DNA of 32,000 bases from Coriobacteriaceae bacterium (GTDB lineage Bacteria > Actinomycetota > Coriobacteriia > Coriobacteriales > Eggerthellaceae): assembly GCA_015062685.1 (NCBI GenBank), contig SUUE01000002.1, positions 129,692 through 161,691 of the forward strand, in the 5' to 3' direction. Position 1 is the first letter of the stretch. Each line of letters starts with the position of its first letter. The notes under the pieces are model-generated. The model did not search any database. It was not told the origin of the DNA and saw only the letters and a list, made by a program, of their open reading frames with translations. Shown piece by piece: positions 1-8,094 of this stretch. The position numbers and the translations under genes were made by a program.

Positions 1-189
1 GATCTTGCGGACCGTGAAGGTCTCGCGGCTCGTGTGGCCGTGACGACGGATGACGTCGCCCTGGAACACCTGGATACGCTCGCGGTTGCCCTCGACGATG
101 CGGTAGTGAACCTTCACCGTGTCGCCCACGTTGAACTCCGGGATGTCCTGCTTCTTCTGCTTTTCTTCGATTGCGCGAATGATATCCAT
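1..189 (-). CDS. rplS: 50S ribosomal protein L19, first 63 codons only (3' end runs off the window)
   Basis: Missing from the ORF track because the window edge truncates it. Reverse complement from the ATG at 189-187 reads MDIIRAIEEKQKKQDIPEFNVGDTVKVHYRIVEGNRERIQVFQGDVIRRHGHTSRETFTVRKI. This matches the L19 N-terminal pattern (P.F..GDTV.V......EG...R.Q.F.G.VI.....FTVRKI). A GAAGGA Shine-Dalgarno lies a few nt upstream. Confidence 0.85.
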   Translation of the reverse strand, partial: MDIIRAIEEKQKKQDIPEFNVGDTVKVHYRIVEGNRERIQVFQGDVIRRHGHTSRETFTVRKI

Positions 190-376
190 CTTCGTTCCTT
201 CTATATGCTCGTGCCATAACCCTTACGGGAAACTTGTCTCTAGACGCGATTAGCTAGTATATCGCCCGCACCACGCGGTTGCAAGAATCGATTTGCGTAT
301 CGGCGAATCATCAAAACCTTGCCACAAACTCCCGCCCGCGACGGCCAGCTGCACGCCATTTGATACACTGCTAGCC

Positions 377-1762
377 ATGAATAGACCTGTTTCGATTATA
401 GGCGCGGGCCTTGCCGGCAGCGAGGCCGCACTGCAAATGGCCTCACGGGGCATCCCCGTCGTGCTCTACGAGATGCGCCCGGAGCGCACCACCGACGTCC
501 ATCGCACCGACGCGTGCGCCGAGCTCGTCTGCTCGAACTCGCTCAAGTCCATGAAGGCGGAAAGCGCGGCGGGCATGCTCAAGCGCGAGCTCGACGTGCT
601 CGGCTCCAAGCTCTACTCCGCCGCCCTGCGCCACGCGGTGCCCGCAGGCGGGGCGCTCGCCGTTGACCGCAATGCGTTCGCCGACGACGTCACGGCGCAA
701 ATTGACGCAGAGCCGCTCATCGAGCTGCGCAGGCGCGAGGTCACCGACCTTGCGGCCGTCGCGCGCGATTCGGCCGCCGTCATCCTTGCCACCGGCCCCC
801 TGACGAGCGATGCGCTCGCCGACGTGCTCACCTCGCTGGTAGGAGGCCCCGCGCTCGCGTTCTACGACGCGGCGGCGCCCATCGTCATGGCCGACTCCCT
901 CGACCATGCAATCCTATTCCGGCAGAGCCGCTACGAAGACGCCGCCGACGATGCGGGGAACGCGCAGGGCGATTACCTGAACGCCCCGTTCTCCAAAGAG
1001 GAATACGAGCGCTTCATCGACGAGCTGCTCGCCGCAGACCGCGTCATGGCACGAGACTTCGAATCGAAGGACCTGTTCCAGGCCTGCCAGCCGATCGAGG
1101 AAATCGCACGCGCGGGGCGCGACGCGCCGAGGTTCGGCCCCATGAAACCGGTGGGCCTCACGGATCCGCGCACGGGCAGGCGCCCCTGGGCGGCGCTGCA
1201 GCTGAGGGCCGAGGACGCGCTCGGCAGCTGCTACAACCTCGTGGGCTTCCAAACGAACCTCAAGTTCGGCGAGCAGGCCCGCGTGTTCCGGATAATCCCC
1301 GGGCTCGAGAACGCCGAGTTCGCTCGCTACGGGGTCATGCACCGGAACACCTTCCTGGATGCGCCGAGACTGCTCGACGGTGCGCTGAGGCTGCGCTGCA
1401 GCGGCATCGACGACATGGGGTGCCCCGTGTTCGTGGCCGGGCAGCTCGGAGGCACCGAGGGCTATTGCGAAGCCATACGCTCGGGCCTGCATGCGGCCCT
1501 TTCGGCATGCGCCCTCGTCCGGGGGCACGAAGCCCCCGCACTGCCGAAGGAAATGGCCTTCGGCGCCCTCATCGCGCACGCGACCAGCCCTGACACGATC
1601 GACTACCAGCCAATGCACGTGAACTTCGGCGTGCTACCGCCCCTCGACCCGCCCATCCGCAACAAGCGCGACCGGTATGCCGCTTATGCCACCCGCGGCG
1701 AGCGGGCCCTCGCGGAGTACCGGGCAGCCCTCGAGCATGCCGGCCTGATCGGCGGCATGTAA
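377..1762 (+). CDS. trmFO: methylenetetrahydrofolate--tRNA-(uracil-5-)-methyltransferase TrmFO (FAD-dependent)
   Basis: ORF 293..1762. I trimmed it to the ATG at 377, which gives MNRPVSIIGAGLAGSEAALQ, the GxGxxG FAD fold typical of a TrmFO/Gid N-terminus. Length is 461 aa and family-typical motifs (CSNSLK, FAGQ..G.EGY.E) are present. There is no obvious SD before 377, so the start is less certain than the identity. Confidence 0.88.
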   Translation: MNRPVSIIGAGLAGSEAALQMASRGIPVVLYEMRPERTTDVHRTDACAELVCSNSLKSMKAESAAGMLKRELDVLGSKLYSAALRHAVPAGGALAVDRNAFADDVTAQIDAEPLIELRRREVTDLAAVARDSAAVILATGPLTSDALADVLTSLVGGPALAFYDAAAPIVMADSLDHAILFRQSRYEDAADDAGNAQGDYLNAPFSKEEYERFIDELLAADRVMARDFESKDLFQACQPIEEIARAGRDAPRFGPMKPVGLTDPRTGRRPWAALQLRAEDALGSCYNLVGFQTNLKFGEQARVFRIIPGLENAEFARYGVMHRNTFLDAPRLLDGALRLRCSGIDDMGCPVFVAGQLGGTEGYCEAIRSGLHAALSACALVRGHEAPALPKEMAFGALIAHATSPDTIDYQPMHVNFGVLPPLDPPIRNKRDRYAAYATRGERALAEYRAALEHAGLIGGM

Positions 1763-2769
1763 TGGCGCGCCCCGTGAAGACCCGCGCTTCGAAGGCGCGG
1801 GCGCGGGAAAAAGCGGAACCCCCCGTCGATGCGCCGTCGAACGACGACGTTGCCCCGTCGCTCGCATTGCTCGACGGTTTCATCGAATCGCTCAAGGTCG
1901 AGAAGGCCGCCTCGGACCACACCATGAGGTCGTACCGCACTGACCTCGAATCGTTCCTTCGGTGGTGCTCGCGAAAGAACGTGGACCCCCTGCATGCCAC
2001 CCACCGGCAGCTACGCGGCTATCTCGGCGAGATGGACGCAGCCAGGTACGCGCGCTCCACCATCAACCGCCGCCTATCGTCGCTACGGGGCTTCTACGGT
2101 TGGATGAGCCTGAACGGCTACATCGGCGCCGACCCCACGGGCGCGCTATCGGGGCCGAAGCAGAACAAGCACCTGCCCCACGTGCTCAAGCACGACGAGA
2201 TGACCCGCCTCCTCCTCGTGAACGCGTCCGTCGACGCGTCGGGCAACCCCCGCGAGCAGACGGCCCGGGAATTGCGCAACCAAGCGGTGCTCGAGTTCCT
2301 CTACGCCTGCGGCGCGCGCATCTCGGAAGCGGCCGGGCTGACCCTTGGCGACGTCGACTTCGAGCAACGCCAAGTGAAGATATTCGGCAAGGGCCGCAAA
2401 GAGCGCATCGTGCCGCTCCACGACCTCTGCATCGAGACCATGCAGCGCTACCTGATCGAAGCACGCCCCCAGCTGCTCGGCGGCAAGGATACGGATCGGT
2501 TCTTCGTCTCGAACAAGGGCAACCCCATGAGCGCCGACAGCATGCGCAAGATGTTCAAGGACACCGTGCGCGCAGCGGGGCTCGACGACAGGCTGAGCCC
2601 GCACGACATGCGCCACACCTTCGCCACCGACCTACTCGATGGCGACGCGGACCTTCGCTCGGTGCAGGAAATGCTCGGCCACGCGAGCCTCTCAACGACG
2701 CAGATCTACACGCACCTCTCCCCCGCGCGCCTCAAGCAAGCCCACAACCAGGCCCATCCTCGCGCATAG
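1762..2769 (+). CDS. xerC: tyrosine site-specific recombinase, XerC/XerD family
   Basis: 335 aa. The start overlaps the trmFO stop (TAATG). The C-terminal catalytic region carries R..(ARISE), HDMRHTFAT, GH.S...TQIYTH (the R-H-R-Y tyrosine recombinase signature). The trmFO-xerC(codV) arrangement is a conserved housekeeping synteny in Gram-positives. XerC versus XerD cannot be decided from sequence alone. Confidence 0.82.
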   Translation: MARPVKTRASKARAREKAEPPVDAPSNDDVAPSLALLDGFIESLKVEKAASDHTMRSYRTDLESFLRWCSRKNVDPLHATHRQLRGYLGEMDAARYARSTINRRLSSLRGFYGWMSLNGYIGADPTGALSGPKQNKHLPHVLKHDEMTRLLLVNASVDASGNPREQTARELRNQAVLEFLYACGARISEAAGLTLGDVDFEQRQVKIFGKGRKERIVPLHDLCIETMQRYLIEARPQLLGGKDTDRFFVSNKGNPMSADSMRKMFKDTVRAAGLDDRLSPHDMRHTFATDLLDGDADLRSVQEMLGHASLSTTQIYTHLSPARLKQAHNQAHPRA

Positions 2770-2829
2770 CCATGTCGGGCTCTTACGATGACGCAAGGGC
2801 AACATCGTCGGACAACCTTTCGCGGTTCG

Positions 2830-2838
2830 TGCGATAAT
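2830..2838 (+). promoter_or_regulatory. candidate extended -10 promoter TGCGATAAT for the downstream hypothetical gene
   Basis: TG-n-GATAAT at 2830-2838 lies about 20 nt upstream of a strong AAGGGAG Shine-Dalgarno (2858-2864). No convincing -35 element. Confidence 0.3.
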
Positions 2839-2870
2839 GGCGTGACGGAAAACACGAAAAGGGAGCCCCC

Positions 2871-3560
2871 ATTAACGTCTTCGAATTCATAATCGCGCTC
2901 ATTCTCATCGGCGGTGCCGTAACGACGGCGGCCATCGTCGGCATCGTCTTCATCGTGCGCCGCGTCATGAAATGGGCGAAGAGGGAGACCCTCGGCGGGG
3001 GCAAGCAGCTCTACCTCGATTCCGACAAGGGGGCTGAGCCGCGCGACATCCAGGCCGCGCTCCGCGCCTACCTGCACGCACGAGGCATCGGGAGCCGCGC
3101 CCGCGCGGTATCGAACCAAGTGAAGGCCGCCCAGGAGAAGCAGGCGAACATGACGGCCGTCGTGAAGGCCAAGTTCCCCGAGGGCAGCTTGAGCAACCTG
3201 AAGTTCCAGTCCGCCGTCGACACCGCCTTCAACACGATCCTGAGGAACTGCACCATCCTCGCCAACCGGCTGAACGCCTTCGACGTCCGGGACTTCCAGA
3301 CGCTCGAGCGCGCAAAATCCGCCCAGATGCTCGGAAGGCGCGAGATGGTCACGGACGTCCAGGCCGAGCGCCTCAGGCTCATGAACGACGCCATTGCCAG
3401 CATGGACGACATCATCAACGCCAACGAGAGGCTGCTCCTCCAGCTCGACAAGCTGTCAGCCGAGCTCGCGCTCATCGGCTTCGACCAGAACGAGGCTGAC
3501 ACCAACGACATGCTCGAGGAGATCAAGACGCTCACCGAGCAAGCCAAGTTCTACCAGTAG
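2871..3560 (+). CDS. hypothetical membrane-anchored coiled-coil protein (start uncertain: ATT 2871 proposed, first canonical start is GTG 2955)
   Basis: The track ORF 2955..3560 (201 aa) has helical, heptad-like content (LRLMNDAIASMDDIINANERLLLQLDKLSAELALIG). The same frame is open back to a TAA at 2835-2837 and encodes a clean TM helix (VFEFIIALILIGGAVTTAAIVGIVFIV-RR) just upstream of the GTG. An AAGGGAG SD sits 6 nt before ATT at 2871. I do not recognise the family. Confidence 0.6.
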   Translation: MNVFEFIIALILIGGAVTTAAIVGIVFIVRRVMKWAKRETLGGGKQLYLDSDKGAEPRDIQAALRAYLHARGIGSRARAVSNQVKAAQEKQANMTAVVKAKFPEGSLSNLKFQSAVDTAFNTILRNCTILANRLNAFDVRDFQTLERAKSAQMLGRREMVTDVQAERLRLMNDAIASMDDIINANERLLLQLDKLSAELALIGFDQNEADTNDMLEEIKTLTEQAKFYQ

Positions 3561-3591
3561 GCTTGGGCACCGGGCGCAGCGGCACGCTCCC

Positions 3592-3927
3592 CTATACGAT
3601 CGCGACCAACAGGGCGAAGGCTATGACGCCGGCGACGGCGCACCACAGGAGCGATTTGGTCAAGCGGGCCACCACCACGACCACGAGCGCGGCGACGAGC
3701 GGCGCGGCCGCCGGCCATATCCCCGCATCGAACATGCCCGGCGTGAGCAGGTCGTTGGCCACGAGCGCTGCGAAGGCCGCCGGGGGAATGTAGCCGAGCG
3801 CCTCCTCGACGCGCGGCGGCAAGTTACGACCCTTGAGCAGGAACAGCGGCAGCACGCGGCAAGCGAGCATCGCGAGCGCGCATACGCCGAAGACGATCCA
3901 GAACTGGCCCCAATCAATCGGCTGCAT
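3592..3927 (-). CDS. azlD: branched-chain amino acid exporter small subunit, AzlD family
   Basis: About 111 aa, very hydrophobic with 3-4 TM segments. Overlaps the 3' end of azlC by 14 nt. The AzlC/AzlD pairing is typical. ATG 3927 is preferred over GTG 3933 on SD spacing (GGGAAAGGG). Confidence 0.75.
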   Translation of the reverse strand: MQPIDWGQFWIVFGVCALAMLACRVLPLFLLKGRNLPPRVEEALGYIPPAAFAALVANDLLTPGMFDAGIWPAAAPLVAALVVVVVARLTKSLLWCAVAGVIAFALLVAIV

Positions 3928-4624
3928 GCGCACCGGCCCTTTCCCGCACCCTTGCGAAGACGAACGCGCATGCCACGCCTATTATGGCCCCGAGGAAGAT
4001 AGCGGGGCCGGAAAGCCCCACCGCCTTGCATGCGAACACGCCCACCATCGCGCAGATAGCGGCAACCACGTTCTCGGGCGTCAGCTTCTGCGTCACGAGC
4101 AGGCATATGAAGATGGAGGTCATGGCGAATGCCGCGATGTTGAGCGGTATGAAATCGGCGAGCACCTCGCCGATGAGCGTGCCGACCACGCACGATATCG
4201 TCCACGACGACTGCGAGAACACGTTCACGAGCGTCGCGCGGGCGACCGACCAGCCACCCTGCTCGAACCGCTGGAGGTTCACGCCGAAGCTCTCGTCCGT
4301 GACCGAGGCCGCGAACCAGAAGGAAAGGCGCTTCGACGCGCCCTCGACCCACGGCGCGAACGCGGTCGAATACAGCATCTGCCGCGTGTTCACGAAGGAT
4401 ACGCTCGCGATGATGGAGGCCACGGGCGACCCCGCAAGCCACATGTTGGGAATCATGAACTGCCCTGCCCCTGAGTAGAAAAGCGCGCACATCAGGAACA
4501 CCTGGAACGCGTTGAGCCCGATCGAAGCCGAGAGGATGCCGCACGGCAAGCCAATGGCAACGTAGCCGAGCATGATGGGCACCGCGGCCTTGAAGGCTGC
4601 GCTTATGTCGACGCGGGTAAACAT
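3914..4624 (-). CDS. azlC: branched-chain amino acid exporter large subunit, AzlC family
   Basis: 236-aa polytopic membrane protein. The N-terminal region (AAFKAAVPIMLGYVAIGLPCGILS...FYSGAGQF) looks AzlC-like, and azlD follows immediately. Confidence 0.85.
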   Translation of the reverse strand: MFTRVDISAAFKAAVPIMLGYVAIGLPCGILSASIGLNAFQVFLMCALFYSGAGQFMIPNMWLAGSPVASIIASVSFVNTRQMLYSTAFAPWVEGASKRLSFWFAASVTDESFGVNLQRFEQGGWSVARATLVNVFSQSSWTISCVVGTLIGEVLADFIPLNIAAFAMTSIFICLLVTQKLTPENVVAAICAMVGVFACKAVGLSGPAIFLGAIIGVACAFVFARVRERAGAHAAD

Positions 4625-4631
4625 GGTTCGC

Positions 4632-4659
4632 GATTATACGCTTGACCAACGGCGGGTCA
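4632..4659 (-). promoter_or_regulatory. near-consensus sigma-70-type promoter of azlCD (TTGACC-N16-TATAAT), predicted leaderless transcript
   Basis: The minus strand reads caTTGACCcgccgttggtcaagcgTATAATcgcgaaccATG. The -35 is at 4659-4654 and the -10 at 4637-4632. Only 8 nt separate the -10 from the azlC ATG (4624), and there is no SD. Confidence 0.5.
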
Positions 4660-4706
4660 ATGCATGACTTTTGCTCTTATACATAACGGGTAGAACAAGA
4701 GTTACC

Positions 4707-5726
4707 TCACCCGAACAAGGCGCTCGGCTCGAACGCGCCATCTTCTGTGATGATGCGCGTGATGAAGCGCGCGGGCGTAACGTCGAAAGCGGGGTTCCAC
4801 ACCTCGACGCCCTCGATGGGCTCGGCGAGCACCTCACTCGCAGCGCGCTGCTCGATCACGATGCCGCGCCCGTCCTCCAACCGGGGGTCCACCGTCGAAG
4901 AAGGAGCGGCCACGTAGAACGGCACCCCGTGCTCGCGCGCGATGACCGCCAAGCCGTACGTGCCTATCTTGTTGGCCACGTCGCCGTTGCGCGCTATGCG
5001 GTCGGCGCCCACTATCACCGCATCGACCTCGCCTTTGGCCATGAGGCTCGCAGCCATGTTGTCGCATATGAGCGTGACCGGCACGCCTGCGCGGGCGAGT
5101 TCCCACGAGGTCAAGCGCGCTCCCTGCCCGACCGGCCTCGTCTCGTCGGCGTACACGCGCTCGACCTTGCCCTGCTCGGCCGCGGCATACACGACGCCCA
5201 GCGCCGTGCCGTAGTAATAAGTCGCCAAACTGCCGGCGTTGCAATGCGTGAGTATGCGCGACCCGGGCGCGATAAGGCCTGCGCCGTGTTCCCCTATCCG
5301 GCGGTTGCGAGCTTCGTCCTCGACCTGCATGGCCTCGACGAGGCTGAAGAGGGCGTCCGCCGCTGCAGCGATGCCCGCGCCATCGGGCATGTCCCCGACC
5401 TCGGCTAGCGCGCGGTCAACGGCCCAGCGCAAGTTCACCGCCGTGGGCCTCGCGGTCGCGATAACCTCGGCAGCATCTCGCATGCCCTCCAGCGATTCGG
5501 CATATGCCGCCCAGAGCGCAAGCGCCGCCGCGCCCGCAAGCCCGATCGCTGGCGCCCCGCGCACGGCGAGCACCTTTACCGCATCGACGACCTGGCGCCA
5601 ATCGCGCGTGCGCTCCATGCGAAGCTCCCCGGGGAGAGCCCGCTGGTCGACGTACTCGAAATAAACGCCGTCCGCATCTCTCCCGATTTCGACGGTCTTC
5701 GGTAAATTCTCTAAATGAAGTTCCAT
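4707..5726 (-). CDS. mtnA: S-methyl-5-thioribose-1-phosphate isomerase (eIF-2B alpha/beta/delta-like family)
   Basis: This is the C-terminal 339 aa of track ORF 4707..7217. It starts at the ATG at 5726 (MELHLENLPKTVEIGRDADGVYFEYVDQRALP) with a GAAGGGG SD. MtnA-type motifs are present: VRGAPAIG, THCNAGSLAT (catalytic Cys), ADETRP, GADRIARNGDVANKIGT (catalytic Asp). Confidence 0.85.
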   Translation of the reverse strand: MELHLENLPKTVEIGRDADGVYFEYVDQRALPGELRMERTRDWRQVVDAVKVLAVRGAPAIGLAGAAALALWAAYAESLEGMRDAAEVIATARPTAVNLRWAVDRALAEVGDMPDGAGIAAAADALFSLVEAMQVEDEARNRRIGEHGAGLIAPGSRILTHCNAGSLATYYYGTALGVVYAAAEQGKVERVYADETRPVGQGARLTSWELARAGVPVTLICDNMAASLMAKGEVDAVIVGADRIARNGDVANKIGTYGLAVIAREHGVPFYVAAPSSTVDPRLEDGRGIVIEQRAASEVLAEPIEGVEVWNPAFDVTPARFITRIITEDGAFEPSALFG

Positions 5727-5795
5727 AGGGCCCCTTCTCGTCGTTAAGGTGCTATTGTAGCGTGACTGGAAACAAGCGCGAGGAGACGGGAAACC

Positions 5796-6725
5796 ATGCA
5801 CATCCACAAAAACGTTTCGGAACTCATCGGCAACACGCCGCTCATCGAGCTCGCCAACTACGAACGAAACCACAACCTGAACGCCACCATCGCGGCCAAG
5901 GTCGAGTTCCTCAACCCGGCGGGGTCGATCAAGGACCGCGTGGCGAAGAACATGATCGAAGACGCGGTCGCCCGCGGCATGATCGACGACGACACCGTGC
6001 TCATAGAGCCCACATCGGGCAACACGGGCATCGGCTTGGCCGCGCTCGCGGCAGCGCGCGGCAACCGCCTCATCATCGCGATGCCCGAAACCATGTCGGT
6101 CGAGAGGCGCAACCTCATGAAGGCATACGGCGCGGAGCTCGTGCTGACCGATGGGTCGAAGGGCATGGCGGGCGCCATCGAGGAAGCCGAGCGGCTCGCG
6201 GCCGAAATCGACAACTCGTTCATTCCCGGCCAGTTCACCAACCCGGCTAACCCCGCAGCCCATTTCGACACGACCGGTCCCGAAATATGGCGCGACACCG
6301 ACGGAAAGGTCGACATCTTCGTCGCCGGCGTCGGCACGGGCGGCACGCTGAGCGGTGCGGGCAAGTTCTTGAAGGCCCAGAATCCGAACGTGCAGGTCGT
6401 CGCTGTCGAGCCCGCAGGCTCCCCCGTCCTGTCGAAGGGGACGGCCGGCAAGCACGACCTTCAGGGAATAGGAGCGGGTTTCGTGCCCGACACCCTGGAC
6501 ACCTCCGTCTACGACGAGGTCATCACGATCGAGGACGAGGAGGCCTACGAGGCCGGCCGCGAGCTCGCCGCCAAGGAGGGCCTGCTCGTCGGCATCACAT
6601 CGGGCGCCGCCGTCGCGGCCGCGCGCAAGCTTGCCGAGCGCCCCGAAAACGCCGGCAAGCTGATCGTGGCGATCCTCCCCGACACCGGCGAGCGCTACCT
6701 CACGACCGCCATGTTCGGAATCTAG
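5796..6725 (+). CDS. cysK: cysteine synthase A (O-acetylserine sulfhydrylase), PLP-dependent
   Basis: 309 aa with ELIGNTPLIEL, NPAGSIKDR (PLP lysine), EPTSGNTGIGLA and GVGTGGTLSG motifs. A GAGGAGA SD is present. Confidence 0.92.
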   Translation: MHIHKNVSELIGNTPLIELANYERNHNLNATIAAKVEFLNPAGSIKDRVAKNMIEDAVARGMIDDDTVLIEPTSGNTGIGLAALAAARGNRLIIAMPETMSVERRNLMKAYGAELVLTDGSKGMAGAIEEAERLAAEIDNSFIPGQFTNPANPAAHFDTTGPEIWRDTDGKVDIFVAGVGTGGTLSGAGKFLKAQNPNVQVVAVEPAGSPVLSKGTAGKHDLQGIGAGFVPDTLDTSVYDEVITIEDEEAYEAGRELAAKEGLLVGITSGAAVAAARKLAERPENAGKLIVAILPDTGERYLTTAMFGI

Positions 6726-6728
6726 AGC

Positions 6729-7823
6729 ATGGCAGGCGCAAGCAACAACCGCGTGCTCATGGCCATGAGCGGCGGCGTCGACAGCTCGGTGTCGGCGCTC
6801 GTGCTCCGCGATGCCGGCTACGACGTCGAGGGCGTCACGCTCAAGCTTTTCGACAACGACGACGCCTGCATCGAGGGCGAGAGCACGTGCTGCTCCCTCA
6901 AGGATGCAGACGACGCGCGCCAGGTGTGCCTCGAGCTGGGCATACCGCATTTCGTGTACAACTTCACCCGCACGTTCAACGCGGACGTCATGGACCGCTT
7001 CTGCAACGGATACCTGAACGGCGAGACACCCAACCCGTGCATCGACTGCAACCGCTACGTGAAGTTCGCGGCATTGCAGCAGCGCCGCCGCGAACTCGGT
7101 TACGACTACGTCGCAACCGGCCACTACGCGCGCATCGCCTTCAATGAGGAGACGGGGCGCTACGAGCTGAAACGCGGCCTCGACGCCAACAAGGATCAGA
7201 GCTACGTTCTCTTCCACCTAGACCAGGAAACGCTCGCCCATATGCTCTTTCCGCTGGGCGAGCTCACGAAGCCGCAAGTGCGAGAGCTCGCGAGCGCGCA
7301 TGGCTTCATAAACGCCGAGAAGGCAGAGAGCCAGGACATCTGCTTCGTGCCGGACGGGGATTACGCCGGCTTCATCAGCCGCCGCACCGGCAGCACCTTC
7401 GAGCCGGGCAACATCGTGAACCGCAGCGGCAAGGTCCTCGGCCGCCACAACGGCCTCATCCACTACACCATCGGCCAGCGGAAGGGCATCGGAGTCGCAT
7501 ACTCCGAGCCGCTCTACGTCTTCGCGAAGAACCCCACGCGCAACGAACTCGTCGTCGACACGGACGAGAACACGCGCTGCACGTCCGTCGAGGTAGACGA
7601 CGTCAATTTCATCGCCAGAACCTCTCTGCGCGAGCCCGAGAGGTTCACCGCGAAAACCCTCTACCGCCAAACCGCCAAGCCCTGCACGGTCCAGCAAACA
7701 GGCACCAGCAGCATCCGCATCACCTTCGACGAGCCCCAGCGAGCCAGCGCACCCGGCCAGGCCGCCGTCATCTACGACAGCGACACCGTCATCTGCGGCG
7801 GAACCATCTCCAACAGCCTGTAG
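6729..7823 (+). CDS. mnmA: tRNA-specific 2-thiouridylase (tRNA U34 2-thiolation)
   Basis: 364 aa with a PP-loop (AMSGGVDSSVSA), the NPCIDCN catalytic cysteine region, ATGHYAR and KDQSYVL. The start lies 3 nt after the cysK stop. Confidence 0.92.
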   Translation: MAGASNNRVLMAMSGGVDSSVSALVLRDAGYDVEGVTLKLFDNDDACIEGESTCCSLKDADDARQVCLELGIPHFVYNFTRTFNADVMDRFCNGYLNGETPNPCIDCNRYVKFAALQQRRRELGYDYVATGHYARIAFNEETGRYELKRGLDANKDQSYVLFHLDQETLAHMLFPLGELTKPQVRELASAHGFINAEKAESQDICFVPDGDYAGFISRRTGSTFEPGNIVNRSGKVLGRHNGLIHYTIGQRKGIGVAYSEPLYVFAKNPTRNELVVDTDENTRCTSVEVDDVNFIARTSLREPERFTAKTLYRQTAKPCTVQQTGTSSIRITFDEPQRASAPGQAAVIYDSDTVICGGTISNSL

Positions 7824-7835
7824 CATAACTAAGTA

Positions 7836-8033
7836 GCCCGCTTTTTGCGGTTTGCCCAGCCGGGCCCTGTTCGGGACCCTCTGAAGCTGCGACGAGTGAG
7901 GGCGAAGCGGTTAGCGAGGACTGTCTGAGCGAGCGAAGCGAGCGAGTTCCGCAGCTGCTTCGCCCGAACGAGGAGCGGTTAGCTTCAGCGGGTCCCGAAC
8001 AGGGCCCGGCTGGGCAAACTGCAAAAAGCGGGC
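7836..8033. repeat. ~200-bp composite palindromic element (53-bp inverted arms, 2 mismatches, 92-bp structured spacer)
   Basis: The left arm 7836-7888 (gcccgctttttgcGgtttgcccagccgggccctgttcgggacccTctgaagct) is the reverse complement of the right arm 7981-8033 except at the 2 capitalised positions. The spacer has extra pairing (GGGCGAAGC 7900-7908 with GCTTCGCCC 7957-7965) and a direct repeat AGCGGTTAGC (7906-7915, 7974-7983). It sits between the convergent mnmA and ppdK. Confidence 0.85.
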
Positions 8034-8040
8034 GGACAAC

Positions 8041-8072
8041 GACGCAAAAGGGGCCCGCACGAAGCGGGCCCC
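8041..8072 (-). terminator. rho-independent terminator of ppdK
   Basis: The minus strand reads GGGGCCCGC-ttcgt-GCGGGCCCC followed by TTTTGCG. The stem is 8050-8058/8064-8072 and lies 23 nt downstream of the ppdK stop. Confidence 0.7.
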
Positions 8073-8094
8073 TCAAACAATCGGCAGCTAAACG

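Noticed and set aside
1762-2769. Tyrosine recombinase as marker of an integrated mobile element
   Set aside because: It is overlap-coupled to trmFO in the conserved trmFO-xerC housekeeping arrangement. Flanking genes are core metabolism. I saw no att-like direct repeats, tRNA target or phage/ICE genes.
3394-4649. Alternative-frame ORFs 3394..4002(+), 3660..4649(-), 3833..4474(+), 3984..4478(+) over azlCD
   Set aside because: They overlap two hydrophobic, family-typical membrane protein genes. Their translations are Arg/His/Pro-rich with no motifs, which is the typical high-GC shadow-ORF pattern.
5727-7217. N-terminal ~500 aa of the 836-aa minus-strand ORF 4707..7217
   Set aside because: Only the last 339 codons (from the ATG at 5726, which has an SD) look like MtnA. 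The upstream part is antisense to the well-supported cysK and mnmA genes.
7789-8076. 95-aa minus-strand ORF covering the mnmA-ppdK intergenic region
   Set aside because: It is open only because of the palindromic repeat. Its composition (S/R/P/G/A) is not protein-like, it has no SD, and it overlaps the ppdK terminator.
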